From a virus (Duplodnaviria; Heunggongvirae; Uroviricota; Caudoviricetes), in IMG/VR virus record IMGVR_UViG_3300037042_007115: a stretch of DNA of 64,000 nt; one strand, written 5' to 3'. A program made the translations under genes and the position numbers. This document shows positions 11,501-20,200 of the stretch, one piece after another; positions within the stretch are counted from its first letter, which is position 1, and each line of letters starts with the position of its first letter. The notes below the pieces were generated by a model, which ran no database searches, was not told the DNA's origin, and saw nothing but the letters and a program-made list of their open reading frames with translations.

Positions 11501-14194
11501 ATACTGTATCTGCACTGTCCTATTCCGCGGAGTTTGATTATAAACTATTACCTCCAGGGGTGCTGCCCCTGGATTTGTCTTATAGCGAAGGGTAGCATCA
11601 GGATTAATGTTTATCCAATTATACTGACCCAGTCCATCAGTATACTCTGCATATGGTGTTGTTGTATTTCCAGTTTCTCTGGAGGTGGTGGACAACCTAA
11701 ATTCATCTAGATAGAAGTAGTTGTCCTGCCCAGCCTGTTGTGACCCGATAGAGAGGGGATTTGCCACAGCTAGTACTGTGGGAATTATTGTATCAGAAAG
11801 TCTGGTACCATCTGTATAAACTTCAATATTCCCGCCCTTCCGATATACCTTGAGCCAAGTCCATTGGTTATTAGGAATAGTAAAGTCTGGTGTCTTATTA
11901 GCAATGTCACCGACCCAGAATGAATAGGTAGAAGTAGTACCACCATTCCTGAGACCCCAACCCCCGGAGGTTCCGGCGCCATTTGAACTAGTACGTGAGA
12001 TAAGGTTTTTAGCGGTACTCCCCTGTACAGTGGGATAAATCCAGCACTCAAATTCAAAATCATTCGGCCCGATTACTGCGGCATAGCTAGAGAATATACG
12101 AGCATCGTTTGATTGAATCTCAAGTGATCTGCCCCCAAACTTAGTCTGAGTAGTACCAGTAACTGCTCCCCCAGCTGCTGACCAAGCATTTCCTTTTAGG
12201 TCAATAACTGAGACATTATTAAATGGTATCCAGGATTGTAACCAGGTATCATCATCATTCAGTAGATTAATGTACTTAGTTTTAGTACTGTTCATCCCCC
12301 AGACATCAGATACATTGAGGGTTACCGTGTAATTATTCCCCACATAATAAGTATATGATGGACTCCGATTACTACTATATCTTCCATCTCCGAAAGACCA
12401 GTTCCAGGATAGTGGACTCCCTGTAGAAGTATCAGTAAAATTAACTCTCATTGGAGAGGTAGAACTTGCATATAAACTAGCAGCAAAATCTGCACGAATA
12501 GTACTATCATTAGTTGTGTAAGTATTCCACTTTAACAGCTTTCCACTGGGATTTGTCCCCCCATAGATAGCTGTACCGTTCCCATCGTCAAACTGAGTCA
12601 AAGAATAAATGGTACCCTCTGACCCAAACTTATTTGCAACAGTCATCCAAGATGCAAGAGACCGGTTATATTTAAGCAAATAACCATTTGGAGAAGTACC
12701 GCCATAAACTGCGGCACCAGTACCATCATCATAGGTGGTTAATGCCCGGATATATGATTCTACTCCAGTAGTATTAGCAACTAGAGCCCACCCGCCCAGG
12801 GTCCTGTTATATTTCAATAATTTGGCTCCGGTACCTGTTCCACCAAAAATGGCGTTCCCTGTTCCGTCATCATAAGTGGTTAAACTTCTGATGGTTATTT
12901 GACCAGCAACGGGGTCAGCAACTTTAGCCCACCCCCCGAGAGACTGATTATATTTAAGGAGGTAAGCATTGTTCGAGGTACCGCCAAAAATGGCATTACC
13001 AGTCCCATCATCGTAAACGACTGTAGCATAAACATAATTCTCAGCAGCATAAGTAGTAGCTACCTGAGCCCAACCCGCTAAAGTCTGGTTGTATTTAAGT
13101 AATTTCCCACTAGTAGAAGTACTGGCGTAGAGAGCTAAACCAGTACCATCATTATATTGTGAGAAAGATCTAATCAGTGCCTCAGTAGAATATTTCGTAG
13201 CAACAGTTAACCAAGAGCCTAATGTAGCATTATATTTCTTTAACGTCCCATTAGTCCCTGTCCCACTGAAAATCGCAGGACCCGTACCATCATTAAAGTT
13301 GGTTAAAACTAAGCTACCAGACTCTCCCCCGGTTCCTGCAGCAGCCTGTGACCAATTTGCATAAGTTTTATTATATTTGTATAAAGCATCCCCAAGCCCA
13401 GAACACATTCCCCCATAAATAGTATTACTTGTACCGTCATCATATGTAGTTAAAGCACAGACATCACTATTAGGGGCGAGATATCCCGCAGCTTGTGACC
13501 AGGATAAATCATAATGATACGTGGGGTCAATAGTTAGGGGATAAGAAATAGGCACATAGTCGTATTTCTTAACTAATGTTGGATCAGCATCTATACCTCC
13601 AACAGTCTCTCCTATTTGTTCTGTAAGAGTTTGATTATAAATTCTAGCAGTTTTATCATATACTAAAGATAAAATCTCATCTGCATACTCATAATTCATC
13701 TCTACATATCTACCCTGGACATCAGTACCAAAAGGCTTAGAAATAACTATGCCTACTGAAGGATTCTGGGTATCTTTTACAATTTTCCACTCACCCGTAC
13801 CCCAGGGTATTAATGAAGAACCTGCTGCAAGTTGGATAGGAAATTTCAAATCTCTATCTTCTTTCAAAACTATGGTTTCTTTTAAAACCTCACCGTCATA
13901 GTCATAAGTAAAAGCCACCTTGGGATCATCAAAAATAAACCAAGCTTTCTCCCCTGTACCCCAAGTTAGGGACTCCCCAGAGGTAGCACTGGTAGCAGGA
14001 ATAAATTCTTGATTGTCTATGAGCGCGGAAGTTGTCACACCAAGGTCTGCGGCGCTAAAAGTAACATCACCCTGGGTAAGATTTACCCAAGTTGTAGACC
14101 CAACATTGACGCCTTCTTGTAAATCTAAAGCAGTTACCCCGCTTATCAGTAACAGTACCAGTAAGATTGAAAAAATTATAGGTTTTAGTCGCAT
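8576..14194 (-). CDS. 1872-aa spike/adhesin-like glycoprotein: signal peptide, YPLTIDPT-ending N-domain, YDDGTG propeller repeats, LamG-like domain, about 6 PKD domains, C-terminal TM helices
   Basis: ORF track; repeats of type TTYDDGTGxAIxGGT..LLKYNxTLxxW; LamG-like NQWTWLKVYRKGG..YLDEFRLS; PKD WNWSFGDG; hydrophobic C-terminus. Confidence 0.9.
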   Translation of the reverse strand: MRLKPIIFSILLVLLLISGVTALDLQEGVNVGSTTWVNLTQGDVTFSAADLGVTTSALIDNQEFIPATSATSGESLTWGTGEKAWFIFDDPKVAFTYDYDGEVLKETIVLKEDRDLKFPIQLAAGSSLIPWGTGEWKIVKDTQNPSVGIVISKPFGTDVQGRYVEMNYEYADEILSLVYDKTARIYNQTLTEQIGETVGGIDADPTLVKKYDYVPISYPLTIDPTYHYDLSWSQAAGYLAPNSDVCALTTYDDGTSNTIYGGMCSGLGDALYKYNKTYANWSQAAAGTGGESGSLVLTNFNDGTGPAIFSGTGTNGTLKKYNATLGSWLTVATKYSTEALIRSFSQYNDGTGLALYASTSTSGKLLKYNQTLAGWAQVATTYAAENYVYATVVYDDGTGNAIFGGTSNNAYLLKYNQSLGGWAKVADPVAGQITIRSLTTYDDGTGNAIFGGTGTGAKLLKYNRTLGGWALVANTTGVESYIRALTTYDDGTGAAVYGGTSPNGYLLKYNRSLASWMTVANKFGSEGTIYSLTQFDDGNGTAIYGGTNPSGKLLKWNTYTTNDSTIRADFAASLYASSTSPMRVNFTDTSTGSPLSWNWSFGDGRYSSNRSPSYTYYVGNNYTVTLNVSDVWGMNSTKTKYINLLNDDDTWLQSWIPFNNVSVIDLKGNAWSAAGGAVTGTTQTKFGGRSLEIQSNDARIFSSYAAVIGPNDFEFECWIYPTVQGSTAKNLISRTSSNGAGTSGGWGLRNGGTTSTYSFWVGDIANKTPDFTIPNNQWTWLKVYRKGGNIEVYTDGTRLSDTIIPTVLAVANPLSIGSQQAGQDNYFYLDEFRLSTTSRETGNTTTPYAEYTDGLGQYNWININPDATLRYKTNPGAAPLEVIVYNQTPRNRTVQIQYSTNATSIHGEVNYAPSIVTPVIVRLNNTVYNDMTLNSWNIDSTNGIVSFTVSRAAGIKTLVNNNRTDLVDISMLYSRYTPIDYYDTYFTSGSITDGQHAVTYPIINFISTPVYFGVWNFTTNFTANSLAPSVNSPVLFTSSFTGDYPNMWYWDFGDGTFDNGNNASTFHSYATSGFKTVTLMAYLGENFLINSTKVRTNYINVVDLPPAPVASFTISNTSGTQSLVVNFTDTSINTPTSWSWSFNNVTGNNTPVVWSTARSPTTTFEVGNFSIILTATNAWGSNISTQLAWVNVTAGPPIPPVASFTVDTPGGINPITAHFTDTSTNTPSSWSWTFLNVTGNNTPTVWSALQNPTGVFGIGNFSIILTSSNGGGSNISAQQTFINVSPYVAPPVIPVVSFMNNVSVGTAPLVVQFTDTSSNTPTGWNWSFRNITGNNTQVWWSQLQNPVKSFGIGNYSITLNASNGAGEASSSIPVVINVGPVPPAPVANFTADMVTFISPMTVQFTDTSSNSPTEWNWSFGDSTAWTNGSTQNPTHFYSAAGNYTVKLRASNANGGNLTTKTNYIWAKPPTYTVIPQMVLESQEYLLTLTFRDSVHNTLIKDNISVECVGTRADTIDSEGVGIIPITSSYGILTLYISAENYIGQVQVYLMDQDLSDTIYLVPAPIPPTPNPVMRYNPHQVRFIAKDYAGQPVKNVRVYAQGFESTANASWITAILGIDLATTAMDSEVMTGTTGSDGAVVFLMLESIQYHVNFTSSTLGVSESVDLFPKEDSYLVMVGTTATGSSDKMFGAGTGKIVRSLVSNQTGTKLFMNLSYLDAEGYTTSIYFYTEDANKTPLYNTTYIGASHDFSYVVDPFTHGATYYYGFTAQNSVYGPISGNSLVTTHSRLLAPLEYLGWDTSWYTWITIICLICFVAMFSGTTNVYGTLLFPFWALFFGYIGWLDWCPWEFLVAVAVLGTLAFVSKMNARVGEG

Positions 14195-16008
14195 TATAAC
14201 CCTCCAAATAGTTGTTGGAATGGTGTATAATTATTATAACGAACTAATCCCGAGGTAAGAGTATAAGTCCTGTTATTTACCGCATTATTAAATACATAAT
14301 ATCCTGCAGCATTTGTTCTAACAGTTGATAAGTTTCCACTAGCATTAAATGCAAAGACATATGCACCATCTGCTGGGCTATAATATGGTTTAAGACGTAC
14401 TAGGCCTCCTCCCGAAATCCCAACTGGAGTTAAAGTATTAGGTAGGAGGGGTATAGTTAAATTATAAGTTTTATGCCCAAGCGGAGTAAAACTAAAGTTA
14501 TCACTCCGGTATCCACTTGCAGTAGTACCAACATATAGTGGGGTACTAGTAGTCCAAGTTGCTGAATTATTAAACCTACCATTACTATCTGTAGTAGAAG
14601 TGGATGTGGAAAGTCCCTGCAGTAAAGTTATAGTAGCACCAAAAATGGGAGTAACATTAGGAGCATTTAAAACTTGCCCAATAATGATGATTTTATCTCT
14701 GATTTGTGTCTGGGCCCAGAATAAAGTAATAACTTTTGAATCACTTTTACGAACAGCATCCAATTCAGCAAAATAAATACCCTCAGAGTAAGTAACCGGG
14801 TTAAATGTAATATACTTATTACCAGATTGTCCCTGTAAGTCAAAAGTAGTCTTGAGTACTCCATTATAATCTAAGACTTTTATCTTATAATCATAAGTTT
14901 CAATATCATAGTTTCCATCTGAAATAGTATAGGTAATAGTAGCTGAATCAGTACTACTATATAATGTTCTATCCCAAGTAATAGTGGCCCCAGTAGCAAT
15001 ATACCAAATATCTGGGAACCCAGTAGCCCCAGAAAGTTCTGGCATAGACAATTGGTATTTACCATAAGGAGCAGCACTAGCAAAAAAGTGAACAAGATTA
15101 TAAGAGGCTATCCCTGCCCCAGTAGAAGCGTTAAAAGTTTCCCAAGTTACTCCTGAAGCATCGATTAAATTTACAGGAGTATTATTATGGTACCCGCAAA
15201 AAGCTACATTATTACCAAAGGTAGAGTAGAAAGTATTAGTCCTTACTATATTATTTAATGGGTCATATACCCCAGTAACAGCAGAATTTAATATATCCTT
15301 TCTTAAATACCAACCATATGGTAAAGTACCTATCTGTCCGCAGGAAGTATCCCCTAAGTTAATGTCATCAACCCACCAATCAGTGGGAACACTCGCATAA
15401 TTACTATCACCGCCATTTTGAATGTAGAATTTCATGTAAGAAGGAGCTACATTACTAGTACCTATTGTGCTTACAAAAACTCCATCCTTATATACTGACA
15501 TCGCTATACTATCGAGATTTCTAATAAATTCCCAGCGGTGGGGAACAGTATCGCGGAACTGAAGGTTATAGCCCCCATTATAAGAATATAATAGAGTTCC
15601 CTCGGAGTCATAAAACATCACTCCTTGCCAATAGTCCTGCCCGCCCCCAAAACCATAATTAAAATTATTAAATAGTGGTACAAGATTTTCAGTATTAGCC
15701 AGATAAGTCCCAACACTAGTAAAAGCAAAATAATTACTCGTTGTAGGAATATCATACCAAGCATAAGTATAAGCAACATGCCCCCAGTATCTTCCTGATT
15801 CTACATGAAGCTTCATACGAATCAACTCGGGATAGTTAGGCCTAGCAGCAATAGACATAGAAGAATAGGGAGGACTAATTTGATTGTCCGCACTAACATA
15901 GACCCAGCCTGTTTGACCTCCATCTTGAAAAGTCTCTAGTAATACTGCAGACGCCCCAGGAACTAATAGAAGTAAAAGTAGCCCCAACAACAAAATCTTA
16001 CCTTTCAT
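14194..16008 (-). CDS. 604-aa secreted beta-rich protein with carboxypeptidase-regulatory-like C-terminal repeats
   Basis: Signal peptide ..LLVPGASA; GQVLNAPNVTPIFGATITL..TTDSNGRF and RTNAAGYYVF motifs; GGTGAT SD. Confidence 0.8.
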   Translation of the reverse strand: MKGKILLLGLLLLLLVPGASAVLLETFQDGGQTGWVYVSADNQISPPYSSMSIAARPNYPELIRMKLHVESGRYWGHVAYTYAWYDIPTTSNYFAFTSVGTYLANTENLVPLFNNFNYGFGGGQDYWQGVMFYDSEGTLLYSYNGGYNLQFRDTVPHRWEFIRNLDSIAMSVYKDGVFVSTIGTSNVAPSYMKFYIQNGGDSNYASVPTDWWVDDINLGDTSCGQIGTLPYGWYLRKDILNSAVTGVYDPLNNIVRTNTFYSTFGNNVAFCGYHNNTPVNLIDASGVTWETFNASTGAGIASYNLVHFFASAAPYGKYQLSMPELSGATGFPDIWYIATGATITWDRTLYSSTDSATITYTISDGNYDIETYDYKIKVLDYNGVLKTTFDLQGQSGNKYITFNPVTYSEGIYFAELDAVRKSDSKVITLFWAQTQIRDKIIIIGQVLNAPNVTPIFGATITLLQGLSTSTSTTDSNGRFNNSATWTTSTPLYVGTTASGYRSDNFSFTPLGHKTYNLTIPLLPNTLTPVGISGGGLVRLKPYYSPADGAYVFAFNASGNLSTVRTNAAGYYVFNNAVNNRTYTLTSGLVRYNNYTPFQQLFGGL

Positions 16009-16014
16009 CTTAAA

Positions 16015-16293
16015 TCACCCATATTGCTTAGTATAAGTATGCACAGAAAAGACCAGCTTAATATACCAGATACCCACAATTATATTAATAGCTGCTATTA
16101 CAGTATAAAAATAATTGTGTAAACTATGCATAGTGTTGCCTGCTGTAGGAAGTGACCGAAGATCTGTAATAGTTATCTGATAATCTAAGATATCTACTAC
16201 AGGACCAATAATAACTACAATAATGATAGAGGCTAAAATTGTAACCATCAAAATAAAAGTAGCTCTTACCATATCCACGTCATTCTCTGGCAT
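16015..16293 (-). CDS. Small two-TM protein (92 aa), possible minor capsid protein
   Basis: Two hydrophobic helices separated by a polar loop; translationally coupled to neighbours. Confidence 0.7.
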   Translation of the reverse strand: MPENDVDMVRATFILMVTILASIIIVVIIGPVVDILDYQITITDLRSLPTAGNTMHSLHNYFYTVIAAINIIVGIWYIKLVFSVHTYTKQYG

Positions 16294-16577
16294 TAAAATA
16301 CATCTCCGCTTCTTTCCCTTACAGCATTCTTAATAGCGAAATATACTGCAGCAATCATTACCATTAAAGGTAAAATCCACCAAGCACTAAGTAAATTATT
16401 TAATAAGTCTTGCTTCTGTTGAGAAGAATGCATTGCTGGGTTATTAATCTGTGCATTAGATTGCGCAACCAAATCATCAACTATTCCACCAAACATAAGA
16501 TAAAAGAAGGCGAAGAACATTAGTAGGAGAAAGAAGTAAGTAATAACCCCCACAGATGCTTCTTCGTTTTTAATCAT
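16293..16577 (-). CDS. Small two-TM protein (94 aa) with a pilin-like N-terminus, possible minor capsid protein
   Basis: GAGGT SD before ATG 16577; MIKNEEASVGVITYFFLLL; two hydrophobic helices. Confidence 0.7.
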   Translation of the reverse strand: MIKNEEASVGVITYFFLLLMFFAFFYLMFGGIVDDLVAQSNAQINNPAMHSSQQKQDLLNNLLSAWWILPLMVMIAAVYFAIKNAVRERSGDVF

Positions 16578-16587
16578 GTTACCTCGG

Positions 16588-16947
16588 TTAAGTATAACCG
16601 TCTTTCTTTTTCTTTCCAGACCCTTTAGACTGTGGCTCTGACACAGGGGCTGGTTCGGGTTCTGGGTCTTCAGATTCTGCCTCATCCTCTTCCGGTAAAG
16701 CTTCGGGCTGAAGTTCAAGGCCTAAACGCTTAAGTTCTTCCGGGTCAGTTACAACAAGTTTCCCCTCATTATTAATTCCCAAATAGTCCTTGGCATCTTC
16801 CATATAAGCTAAGTATGATGCTTGAAGAACTTCTATTTCCGCTTCTGACATCTGTGCAGCAAACCGCTGCAGCACACTCATAATAAGTTGTGCACGGCCA
16901 GCATCTTCAATCATTTTCTTCAGGTATGTACGTGTATCGAGATCCAT
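16588..16947 (-). CDS. Hypothetical protein (119 aa) with acidic/Pro-rich tail
   Basis: ORF track; AT-rich promoter-like region upstream. Confidence 0.7.
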   Translation of the reverse strand: MDLDTRTYLKKMIEDAGRAQLIMSVLQRFAAQMSEAEIEVLQASYLAYMEDAKDYLGINNEGKLVVTDPEELKRLGLELQPEALPEEDEAESEDPEPEPAPVSEPQSKGSGKKKKDGYT

Positions 16948-17000
16948 TTCAACAACTCCAAAGATAATATATTTTTATATTATAGCACTTCTTAACCATT

Positions 17001-17228
17001 TTAAAGGTTATCCCTCATAGACACACAGACGTGGGTGTAATTAAAATCTCCCGGAATTCTAAGAGTTGACCGGGACCAGTGGTCAAGAGGAACTATGGAA
17101 AATTGGTAAATTTTCCCCTGTTTAAGTAGTTCCTCAAGCTTCCCGCGCAATGCTTCAATCTTATCAACCATATGAATAGGTATATAAGAAATTTTTGGGA
17201 CTGTCTCCCCATTTAGAGTTACTACCAT
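17001..17228 (-). CDS. Hypothetical protein (75 aa)
   Basis: ORF track; follows the 3186-aa gene. Confidence 0.6.
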   Translation of the reverse strand: MVVTLNGETVPKISYIPIHMVDKIEALRGKLEELLKQGKIYQFSIVPLDHWSRSTLRIPGDFNYTHVCVSMRDNL

Positions 17229-17237
17229 TGAACTACT

Positions 17238-20200
17238 TCAACCCCTCTTTGGTACTACTTTGAAGGGCTTGGGGGCTATTTTAGTGAGCCCCGGACCCCG
17301 TCGTGCAATTGCCCCCAGATCGGAGCCAAAACTACTAATTTGGGATACCTTAGTACCTACCTTTACCTTGGGTGCCTTTATGGTATCAAACTTCATTGGT
17401 GCTGTTCTAAGTACCGCTTTTTCAGGTGAAACTACGGTTTTGATTGTTTGCTTCACTGTAGCTACCTGGGGTAATGCTCCGGTCTTAGCTAATTTTTTAA
17501 CTCCGGCATTCAACCTACCCATCATCTGTCCAACTGAAGCTATCCGGGTAACTTCCCTAAAGGCAAAACTGCCCCTAGGTCCTCCACCCGCGCTACCGCC
17601 TCCGCCGTCTCCTCCGCCGCCACCAATTGGGGGTGGAGGAGTTTGAGGCGGCCTATCTCTTATAATATAATCATCTATTGGCTCATAGGGGGGCTTAGGT
17701 TTATAATCATCCGCTGGAGGAATATATTCATCTTTTGGGGGAGGATATTCATCTTTGGGGGGAATATACTCATCTTTAGGAGGCTTATACTCATCTTTTG
17801 GCTTATACTCATCTTTTGGCTTATACTCATCTTTAAGTTTATACTCATCTTTTGGTTTATATTCATCTTTTGGTTTATATTCATCTTTTGGTTTATACCC
17901 TTCTTTAGGCTTATAAGTATCTTTAAGCTTATAATTGTCTTTAGGCTTATATTCCTCTTTAGGCTTATATTCCTCTTTAGGCTTATATTCCTCTTTAGGC
18001 TTATATTCCTCTTTAGGCTTATACTCCTCTTTAGGCTTATATTCCTCTTTAGGCTTATATTCCTCTTTAGGCTTATATTCCTCTTTAGGCTTATATTCCT
18101 CTTTAGGCTTATATTCCTCTTTAGGCTTAGGCTTATATTCCTCTTTAGGCTTAGGCTTATATTCCTCTTTAGGCTTGGATTTGGCCGTTTCTTTGGGTTT
18201 GGCTGCTCTTTTAGCTGCTTGATCCATCCTCTCCGCCTCGGTCATTCTAACAAACCCCTCATCCATTAAAGTATATCTCTGTTTGAGGTATTCAACCTTG
18301 GTTAATTTACCAGCTTTGTAATCAGCATCAAGTAAATCTAGTCTCTTATACATTTTTTGTCTTTGAATACCAAAAGGAGAAGTATCTACTAGAGAACTTA
18401 CTGGCTTTTTTCCCCCCGGGGTATTAGTGGGTACATTAATAGGCTTTCTATATACCCCATTCCCAAGATCGATATATCCATCCCCCTTCAACGTTAACTT
18501 TTGCCCCGGAGTTAACGAGTAACCCTCCGGAACTATTATAGTCCCATCTGTACGGGGCCTCGGGATCCCACTCCAATCTGCATCTCCTGCTGCTACGGGT
18601 TTAGCAACTGGTTTAGCAACTGGTTTAGCAACTGGTTTAGCAACTGGTTTAGCAACTGGTTTAGCAACTGGTTTAGCAACTGGAGAACTTATTGGCTTTT
18701 TTCCACTGCCAGAGTTTATAAATTCTACCAGAGGATTTGCCCCTGGCTTAGATTTTACTACCGGTACGGGTTTAGCAACTGGTTTAGCAACTGGTTTAGC
18801 AACTGGTTTAGCAACTGGAGAACTTATTGGCTTTTTTCCACTGACAGAGTTTATAAATTCTACCAGAGGATTTGCCCCTGGCTTAGATTTTACTACCGGT
18901 ACGGGTTTAGCAACTGGTTTAGCAACTGGTTTAGCAATATTTTTAATCCTTGCCCCAGCACCCAAAACTTCTTCAGTAGTAGAAGCAAACTTTAATCCCA
19001 AACTCGAAATGGGTCCCTCGGGTACAACATATGCATGAGAAACATAAGATCCTTTCCTACCAAAAACATCCACGTCTGCTACACCAGTTCTCTGGCCCAC
19101 AACTCTTAAACCCTCTTTAGTTCTAAATTCAAAAAGCTCTGTCTGCCCAGGTTTTAAATCAACCTGTTTTATATACTTACCTACTTTGCCCCCACTACTT
19201 ACTTGAGCTTCAAAGAGGGGTAACTCTGAGCTAGGTACAATCCCGCGAGTATGCCCCAATTCTTGAAACCCACCTACACTATTAGGGGATCTTACTTTCT
19301 CTACATTCCCAAAAACAAACTCAGGATAATTTTTAGGGTTTATATTAGGCCCAGGTTTTACTATGGGTACTGGTTCTGCTACTACCGGTTTAGGTATGGG
19401 AACCCCTGCACCCCCTGGGATAACCGGCTCTACTACCGGCCTTTTCCCCCCCTCAATTGCTGCTCTAACTCTAGCACTTTGGGCTTCAGCAAAACTTGTC
19501 CCGGATTTAACCTTTGCCTCTTTAACTAATGCATCTCTAGCTAATTCTGCTGTAAACAACTCATCACTAAGTATCTTTTGTTGAGCATATCCCTCTTTAT
19601 ACCTTATCTTTCCTTGAGATTGTGCCTCACGTACCTGAAGAATTTCTTGATTAATGGCTTCTATAGTACGTGGGGTTGAGGGCTTAGGTGCTGCCACACC
19701 GGTGGGTGGTTTGATTCCGGTAGCATCATCTATGCGTGCTAGAGCTTGATTTACCTGCTCTACAAACTGTAGGGAGGAAGTACCCGGTTTCCGTACTATT
19801 CCAAGCTTCTTTGCTATGGCTGTTTTTGTTGCAAGATCTGATACTTGAGCCGGAGTTCTTACCTCACCAAGTGCATCTGACATAGCTTTTGCTTTTGCTT
19901 GAGCAATAAAATCCTTAACAGTACTACCGGGTTTTACCTCTATGCCTAGCTCCCGACCTGCCCCAGCTAGTGCTGCATCGGTCGACTGAGCTTTTACCCC
20001 GGTAATTGCTTCTCTAATAAAATTACGCGGAGATACCTGAGGCTCCTTAAGACCCGACCCACCCTCTGATAGAGGTTTAAATGCATCTTCTCTAACTTGA
20101 TTAATCCTCTCCGCCTGGGCTAGGGGCTCCTTAAGACCTATTTCTTTACCAGCCACACCAAGTGCCTGCTTTTGGGCAAGTAGTTCCTGCGGTGTAAATA

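Noticed and set aside
1-14194. Diversity-generating retroelement acting on the adhesins
   Set aside because: No reverse transcriptase was seen, and the repeat pairs examined differ at all base types rather than only at adenines.
17260-18269. Plus-strand ORFs with (FLFRLI)n and (LGLYSS)n repeats
   Set aside because: They are antisense readings of the KPKEEY tandem repeat and have no independent start signals.
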